Positions 25,381-30,386 of a stretch of 30,386 nucleotides of DNA are shown one piece after another. The notes beneath the pieces are model-generated. The model saw only the letters and a program-made list of their open reading frames with translations. It did not search any database and was not told the DNA's origin. Positions within the stretch are counted from its first letter, which is position 1. Every line of letters begins with the position of its first letter. Both the position numbers and the translations under genes were made by a program. The stretch spans positions 1 to 30,386 of IMG/VR virus record IMGVR_UViG_3300037419_000146. The stretch is one strand, 5' to 3'. This DNA is from a virus (Duplodnaviria > Caudoviricetes).

Positions 25381-25401
25381 TAGCTTGTAAGGAGGTTAAA
25401 A

Positions 25402-25659
25402 TTGTTCTCAAAGGTATTCGCTAAGGATGCTGCTGAGCGTGCCGTGAAGGCTTTTGCGTCTGCGCTACTATCCGTCTGGGTCGTAGGCGACAAGGCGTTT
25501 AATCTATTCAACGTCAATTGGGCAGACGCCCTGGGCGTTGGTGGTGGAGCTGCGGTCGCTTCTGTTCTGCTATCCTTGGTATCATACAAGGCAGGCGTCA
25601 CTGGTACCGCTTCTGCGGTCAAGAATGTTACGTACACCGGAGACAGCCGTGTACTGTAA
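25402..25659 (+). CDS. Holin (r1t-like family)
   Basis: 85 aa; FAKDAAERAVKAFA...VNW..ALG.....AV.SVL.SL pattern with two hydrophobic segments; RBS AAGGAGGT before a TTG start. Confidence 0.8.
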   Translation: MFSKVFAKDAAERAVKAFASALLSVWVVGDKAFNLFNVNWADALGVGGGAAVASVLLSLVSYKAGVTGTASAVKNVTYTGDSRVL

Positions 25660-25834
25660 GAAGTGTTCCGGCCGGGTCTTTGTGGACAGGGTTTACTCTG
25701 ATTCATCGAGGGTCGAGCTTTTTTGCGTCAAGTGCGGAGTGCGCTGGATGCTAGATTCAAGGAAGAGTAAGTTTGCAGCATGGGTTCTAAAGAGGGAGAA
25801 GGAACACGCGCTCGCAAGCGTAATCGTCGCCTAA
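25649..25834 (+). CDS. Small Zn-ribbon protein (61 aa)
   Basis: GTG 25649 preceded by GGAGA; CKKC...CVKCG. The track start at 25538 overlaps the holin too far. Confidence 0.7.
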   Translation: MYCKKCSGRVFVDRVYSDSSRVELFCVKCGVRWMLDSRKSKFAAWVLKREKEHALASVIVA

Positions 25835-26310
25835 GGTATTTCTACCTTAACGGTGATTTGCACAGGGTCCTGAGCATTAATCGTGCTCAGGACCTTGTGG
25901 TTACCTGGCATTTCAAGGACGGTAAGCGACGAGCCTACGTTTGGTCTGATGCGCGGAGGCGTCTGGAAAAGGCGTTTACGATGCGGCAGGTTGGTCAGAT
26001 GATTAACCGCCATCGTGTTAACATCGAGAAATACATTCTGGAGGGCAAGATTCGAGCCCCTGAGAGAATCTATACGCTCGACGGCAAGAAAACACCGGGT
26101 AAGTATATGTTCTCCGAGAAGGATGTATTCGAACTTCACGATTATCTGCTGACTGTTCATATTGGTCGGCCCCGCAAGGATGGCAAGATTACGCCTGGGC
26201 GTATGCCCTCCCGTGCGGAGCTAAGAGCGATGATGCAGCATGACACAACCGTGTATATCAGGTCTGCTGATGGCACGTATACCCCCGTATGGAAAGAAAT
26301 TAACTGGTGA
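25780..26310 (+). CDS. Helix-turn-helix DNA-binding protein (MerR/excisionase-like HTH)
   Basis: FTMRQVGQMINRHRVNIEKYILEGKIRAP...KYMFSEKDV fits a winged MerR-type HTH; basic protein. Confidence 0.7.
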   Translation: MGSKEGEGTRARKRNRRLRYFYLNGDLHRVLSINRAQDLVVTWHFKDGKRRAYVWSDARRRLEKAFTMRQVGQMINRHRVNIEKYILEGKIRAPERIYTLDGKKTPGKYMFSEKDVFELHDYLLTVHIGRPRKDGKITPGRMPSRAELRAMMQHDTTVYIRSADGTYTPVWKEINW

Positions 26311-26645
26311 CGATTAGGATTAAGAAGGCACCCCAGTTCGAGACCTTTGGTAACGAACTGAATGCAGAGGTTGCGCTTCTCCAGGCGGCAGGGGCCATTG
26401 ACATGGCCGTTTATCTTGCCGTACAATCAGGAAGCATCGAGAAGTTGCTCGATGGCGCGGCTATGTGGATTGGCATGGCTGAGCGGCTTGCGACAGGCTT
26501 TGATTCCGATGACGAGAACGAGCCTGCACCTAATACAGACAAGCCGCCTTTTGGATTTTGCAGACCTGCCCCGGTACCGGTTGAGATAACGCCGGATATT
26601 ATCGTGGAGGCAGACACTAATGAAGAGGAGAACGAAGATGCATGA
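26307..26645 (+). CDS. Hypothetical protein, acidic C-terminus
   Basis: 112 aa, GTGA overlap with the upstream stop; fills the gap between neighbours. Confidence 0.65.
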   Translation: MTIRIKKAPQFETFGNELNAEVALLQAAGAIDMAVYLAVQSGSIEKLLDGAAMWIGMAERLATGFDSDDENEPAPNTDKPPFGFCRPAPVPVEITPDIIVEADTNEEENEDA

Positions 26646-26880
26646 GGTTGTTGAGCCCAAGGGTACCCCGCACCGTATCAAGGTGAACCTGGGTTATACT
26701 CGAAACATGGGCGACTTCGAGTCGCTGCGCATGGACATTGGTCTTGAGCTGGACGGCTACGGTAACCCGAACCCGACCTTCGACAAGGCATACAAGTTTG
26801 TTGAGGACCGTCTAATGGCTCACCTTTCCGAGGTTGAGGAAGAGGTCCGCGCGGTCAAGAAGGGTAAGGTAAGGAAGTAA
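26638..26880 (+). CDS. Small hypothetical phage protein
   Basis: ATG 26638 preceded by GAGGAG; IKVNLGYTRNMGDFESLRMDIG beta-hairpin followed by a helix. Confidence 0.7.
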   Translation: MHEVVEPKGTPHRIKVNLGYTRNMGDFESLRMDIGLELDGYGNPNPTFDKAYKFVEDRLMAHLSEVEEEVRAVKKGKVRK

Positions 26881-26883
26881 GAC

Positions 26884-27225
26884 ATGGCCTCACAGAACGC
26901 AGAAGCGAAGCAGGCGTACGCACTCATTAGTCTTTATGAGCAGTGTTTTACCAAGAAGTACAACCGTAAGCCTCAGGTTAATCGCTTTCGCGAGAAGTGG
27001 GGCTTCATGGATATGGTCGCTGACCTCACATACAGTGAGGCACGGGATACGGTTGAGTATTACTTCAAGACCGGGAAGCAAGGACACCCGGTTAATTTCC
27101 TTCTCCAGAACTACGACAAGATTCACCAGTTCATGGAAGAAAAGAAGCAGGATGAGTTGAAGCGCGCGGAGCTGCGAGCGCAGACCGCACAGCGGGTAAG
27201 GGAGATGGAAGAGAAGAATGGCTAA
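26884..27225 (+). CDS. Hypothetical helical protein upstream of helicase (possible replication accessory)
   Basis: 113 aa, RBS AAGGA, overlaps the helicase start; function suggested by position only. Confidence 0.65.
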   Translation: MASQNAEAKQAYALISLYEQCFTKKYNRKPQVNRFREKWGFMDMVADLTYSEARDTVEYYFKTGKQGHPVNFLLQNYDKIHQFMEEKKQDELKRAELRAQTAQRVREMEEKNG

Positions 27226-28438
27226 TACTGAACTCAAGGTTATCAACGCGGTTTGTGCCAACAAGGACATTTCGGTCCTGTACGCGGATAACGTGGACGA
27301 CCTCTTCTCGGCTTACGCTGACGTGTGGAAGGGGCTTAAGAACTACTACGACAAGTTCCACGCGGTTCCGGATTTTGGAGTTCTCCAGGATAAGTACGGT
27401 GACCTGGACAAGATTGACGTAAAGGCCGAGACTGCCTATTACGTGGACGAACTCAAGAATGAATTCCTCAAGTCCCGCATGGAGCAGATTATGCTCAAGG
27501 CGGCTGAGGCTCAGCGTGACGGTGAGGCTCCCGGACGAGTCCTGGAGAAGATGAACACGGCCCTGGCTAAGCTGGGGCGGTTCACCAACAACGTTCGTGA
27601 CGTTGACATTACCGACTTCGAGAATGCCGAGCAGCATATTCGAGCGGTCAAGGAGCGTAGCGCTGCCAACGGTTCGCCGGGTATTCCGACTACGTTTAAG
27701 TCTATCGACTCGGTTTATCCGACCGGTATGGCTCCGGGCCACATGATTACGGTCATTGGTTGGCCCGGTAAGGCTAAGACGTGGTTCACCTCCCTCCTTG
27801 CGTGCAAGGCGTGGGAGCAGGGCTTCAAGCCGATGATTGTCTCTCTGGAAATGAGTCCGGAGAATATGCGCGACCGTATTTACACGATGATGGGCTCGGG
27901 TCTGTTCCGAGCTTCCGACTTCGCCCGTGGTGATGTGAACATTGACGACTTCCATGCTTGGGGTAAGCGTCGGTTCGACAATAAGGGCGGCTTCGTGGTA
28001 GTATCTAATGAGGGAGTTGCTGATGTGACTCCGAACACGGTTCAGGCCAAGATTGACCAGCACAAGCCTGATTTGGTCATCTGTGACTATCACCAGTTGT
28101 TCCAAAACAACGGTAAGTCGAATAGCCCGACCGAGCGAGGAATGGCGGTTTCCCGTGAGTTCAAGATGCTCGCGGTGACCAACAATATCCCGCTTATCGA
28201 TATTACGGCTGCGACCCAGAGCGATGTTTCCGACCGGGATTCACCTCCGATGATGAGTCAGGTTGCCTGGTCCAAGGCTATCGAGTACGATAGCGACATG
28301 GCCTTTGCTGTGCATAAGAACGACGATTCCGGCCTCGTTGAGATTGTCTGCCGGAAGAACCGGCACGGCGGCATGTTCGACTTCTTCCTAGACTGGGATA
28401 TCGACCGTGGTATCATCAAGGAGAAGTTCGACCTTTGA
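27218..28438 (+). CDS. dnaB: DnaB-like replicative helicase
   Basis: 406 aa; GIPT.F..ID...G..PG, Walker A GWPGKAKT, SLEM, Walker B VICDYHQL, IEYDSD and KNRHG. Confidence 0.93.
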   Translation: MANTELKVINAVCANKDISVLYADNVDDLFSAYADVWKGLKNYYDKFHAVPDFGVLQDKYGDLDKIDVKAETAYYVDELKNEFLKSRMEQIMLKAAEAQRDGEAPGRVLEKMNTALAKLGRFTNNVRDVDITDFENAEQHIRAVKERSAANGSPGIPTTFKSIDSVYPTGMAPGHMITVIGWPGKAKTWFTSLLACKAWEQGFKPMIVSLEMSPENMRDRIYTMMGSGLFRASDFARGDVNIDDFHAWGKRRFDNKGGFVVVSNEGVADVTPNTVQAKIDQHKPDLVICDYHQLFQNNGKSNSPTERGMAVSREFKMLAVTNNIPLIDITAATQSDVSDRDSPPMMSQVAWSKAIEYDSDMAFAVHKNDDSGLVEIVCRKNRHGGMFDFFLDWDIDRGIIKEKFDL

Positions 28439-28441
28439 GAC

Positions 28442-28762
28442 ATGCACAAGACGATTAAGAGATTTGCGATGGAGGGCAGGGTTGGCGACGATGCCGACTT
28501 TGCCCGCCTCCGTTCTCATTACGAAACACTAATCATCACCAACATGAGGGACCAAGGCTACGTACCTGTACTAGACCTTGGTCCCTATTGGTCTACCAGC
28601 TATCGCAAGGAAGAGGGCGAATACGATTTCGTTCTCTCCGTTTATGGAGTTTATCTTGGGAGGAGGCGTTCATGGGAGGTAGAGGGGATTTCGGCGGGTC
28701 GAGAGATAAAGAGACTTACACCCCGAACCAAGTCGAAGCCACCCTCGGAGCCTGCGGAGTAG
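28442..28762 (+). CDS. Hypothetical protein between helicase and primase
   Basis: 106 aa, starts 3 nt after the helicase stop; GYVPVLDL.P.W...Y motif; codon style matches neighbours. Confidence 0.7.
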   Translation: MHKTIKRFAMEGRVGDDADFARLRSHYETLIITNMRDQGYVPVLDLGPYWSTSYRKEEGEYDFVLSVYGVYLGRRRSWEVEGISAGREIKRLTPRTKSKPPSEPAE

Positions 28763-29754
28763 AGGTTGAGGGCGAGACGACAAACGACTTCCTGTGTTTC
28801 TGTCCTTTCCACGGAAATAGGCACAGTCCGTCGTTCAGCGTTTCAAAGACCAACGGTGCCTATATTTGTTTCAATCACTCGTGTGGCGCAACTGGTACAC
28901 TGATTGAGCTGGTGAAGAGGAAGACGAGCCGCAACGAGTTTGAGGCTCGTCGTCTTGTCCTCAAAAAGGCAAGCGAAACTCAGCAAGCATTCGAAGACAA
29001 GTTGAAGGCGGCTCTGTCGCCGGTTGTCGATTTTGTAGAATTTCCTCAAAGCACGCTCGACCGCATGTACGAGGATTTTTGGAAGTACAACGAGCCCGTA
29101 GACTATATGCTGGAAAAGCGCGGGTTTACCGAGGAGACCCTGCGGTACTTCAAGGTAGGTTTTTCTCTCAAGCGAGAGATTATCGCCGTGCCGATGCACG
29201 ACCCCAAGGGAATGCCAGTCGGTGTAATTGGTCGCCCTGCCGACCCTGACAACAAGTTCTTCAAGAACTCCAAGGGTCTGCCTACCAGCAAGACGCTGTG
29301 GAACCTGCACCGAGCTAAGCGGACAGGTGATACAGTGATTATCTGCGAAGCGTCGTTCGATGCGATGCGGATTCACCAGGCCGGGTACGAGAATGTGGTA
29401 GCCTGTCTAGGCGGTAACTTTAGCCCGTACCACTTCGACCTTCTTGATAAGTATTTCTCGACTATCGTCATCATGACGGACTTCGACAAGAAGGAAAAGC
29501 ACATGTACACTGGTTGTCGGAAGTGCAAGAAGCGCGGGCTGAACCTGTGTGCTGGCCATAATCCTGGTCGAGACCTTGGTGCTACAATTGCGGCGGGTTT
29601 GCACCGAAAGAAAATCCTCTGGGCATCGTATGACGAGAAGGTAATCTACCCTCACAATGCGAAGGACGCTGGAGACATGACGGACGAAGAAATCCGTCAG
29701 TGCCTCAGGAACGCGGTCAGTAACTTCACCTACGAAGGTTGGCAGCTCTACTGA
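28672..29754 (+). CDS. dnaG: DnaG-like DNA primase
   Basis: Zn finger CPFH...SPSF...CFNHSC; TOPRIM ICEASFDA, MTDFD and KDAGD; ATG 28672 has AGGAGG 5 nt upstream and is preferred over TTG 28588. Confidence 0.92.
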   Translation: MGGRGDFGGSRDKETYTPNQVEATLGACGVEVEGETTNDFLCFCPFHGNRHSPSFSVSKTNGAYICFNHSCGATGTLIELVKRKTSRNEFEARRLVLKKASETQQAFEDKLKAALSPVVDFVEFPQSTLDRMYEDFWKYNEPVDYMLEKRGFTEETLRYFKVGFSLKREIIAVPMHDPKGMPVGVIGRPADPDNKFFKNSKGLPTSKTLWNLHRAKRTGDTVIICEASFDAMRIHQAGYENVVACLGGNFSPYHFDLLDKYFSTIVIMTDFDKKEKHMYTGCRKCKKRGLNLCAGHNPGRDLGATIAAGLHRKKILWASYDEKVIYPHNAKDAGDMTDEEIRQCLRNAVSNFTYEGWQLY

Positions 29755-29758
29755 GAAG

Positions 29759-29779
29759 GGGGAGGAAATAATCCTCCCC
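29759..29779 (+). terminator. Hairpin after primase (possible U-tract-less terminator or 3' stabiliser)
   Basis: GGGGAGGA-AATAA-TCCTCCCC, 8-bp stem starting 4 nt after the stop codon; no poly-T follows. Confidence 0.55.
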
Positions 29780-29783
29780 AAGC

Positions 29784-29812
29784 TTGCTGACTCCAACAGT
29801 CAGTGGTACAAT
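29784..29812 (+). promoter_or_regulatory. Promoter for SSB gene with palindromic spacer
   Basis: TTGCTG (29784-29789), 17 nt, extended TGG-TACAAT (29807-29812); inverted repeat CTGACT (29787-29792)/AGTCAG (29798-29803). Confidence 0.65.
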
Positions 29813-29872
29813 GGTAGTATAAGCAGGCTCGACTAAAGAAGCCTCGAATAACTTACTAGGAGATTATAAAAA

Positions 29873-30386
29873 ATGGCAGTTGTTAAGGGACTCGCGTCCA
29901 TCAAGAAGCACCAGGCTGAGCAGCAGGAAAAGGCTGCGGCTGGTGGAAAGAAGTTCCCGGAGTTTCTTTACCGGGTGTTCCCGAAGGTTGTCGGGAATGA
30001 GGTTGTGGTTCGGTTCCTCCAGGAGCTTGACCCCGACATGGAGAACTACCGCGAGGACCGAGGCATTGGCCTTATCGCCGTAGAGCACGAGGCAGGTGCG
30101 GAGTCGAAGGAGACCGAGGCTCCTAAGAAGGGCTTTATGTACAAGGCCCTCTGCACTGCGGCTGACGACGGTGAGTGCTACGCCTGTGCCAAGCACAAGG
30201 AGAACTACAAGGGCGGCTGGAGGCCGAAGCAGAACCTTTACATTAACGTTCTGGTTGAGGTCGATGGCGAGAAGAAGGTCTTTGTTCTCTCCAAGAACGC
30301 TAACTCCTCTTTCGTCCAGTCCCTTATTCAGGAGGCTGTTGACGAGGGCTCCATCACCGATGCGAACTACCGAATCACCAAGACTG
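29873..30386 (+). CDS. Single-stranded DNA-binding protein, T4 gp32-like (3'-truncated; absent from the ORF track)
   Basis: Own translation from ATG 29873 (RBS TAGGAG): MAVVKGLASIKK...VVVRFLQELDPD...AVEH...ALCTAADDGECYAC...GWRPKQNLYINVLV...YRITKT, open to the window end. RFL, H/C/C/C Zn ligands and YINV are gp32-like; follows the primase. Confidence 0.8.
   Translation, partial: MAVVKGLASIKKHQAEQQEKAAAGGKKFPEFLYRVFPKVVGNEVVVRFLQELDPDMENYREDRGIGLIAVEHEAGAESKETEAPKKGFMYKALCTAADDGECYACAKHKENYKGGWRPKQNLYINVLVEVDGEKKVFVLSKNANSSFVQSLIQEAVDEGSITDANYRITKT

Noticed and set aside
27131-28105. 324-aa minus-strand ORF
   Set aside because: Antisense to the DnaB helicase; long antisense frames are expected from biased codon usage; no motifs.
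29864-30196. Track ORFs 29864..30196 (-) and 29880..30083 (+)
   Set aside because: Both overlap the SSB frame starting at 29873, which the track missed because it has no stop codon in the window.
1-30386. tRNA genes, CRISPR arrays, integrase/att sites, inteins
   Set aside because: Intergenic gaps are short (about 120 nt or less) and accounted for by promoters and terminators; no cloverleaf, repeat-spacer array or intein motifs were seen.

Overview
The window is a segment of a large dsDNA siphovirus genome, almost certainly an actinophage. Gene order and content resemble the large Streptomyces phages of clusters BE/BK; this comes from recalled gene architecture, not a database search. All credible genes are on the + strand. 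In order: the 3' part of a fibre-like virion gene; head-tail adaptor, stopper, neck and tail terminator; major tail protein; tail assembly chaperone with a -1 frameshift (CCCAAAT, 4747-4753); a ~2100-aa tape measure protein with C-terminal lysozyme-like and M23 peptidase domains; minor tail proteins; a 2022-aa FN3/CBM-rich tail fibre; small genes including an HNH nuclease, a Pro/Thr-rich membrane protein, a metallophosphoesterase, an r1t-type holin, a Zn-ribbon protein and an HTH protein; then a replication module (DnaB-like helicase, DnaG-like primase, and a gp32-like SSB truncated by the window end and missing from the ORF track). The most notable observations are: (i) several sigma70/HrdB-type promoters whose -35/-10 spacers are filled by inverted repeats of unrelated sequence; (ii) near-total absence of GATC (one site found by eye) and apparent absence of several Streptomyces restriction hexamers; (iii) a probable non-canonical ATA start for the tape measure gene; (iv) a second, CCCH-type Zn finger inserted in the primase TOPRIM domain; (v) probable leaderless transcripts. 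I saw no tRNA, CRISPR array, integrase, intein or reverse transcriptase. All motif counts were made by eye and need computational confirmation.
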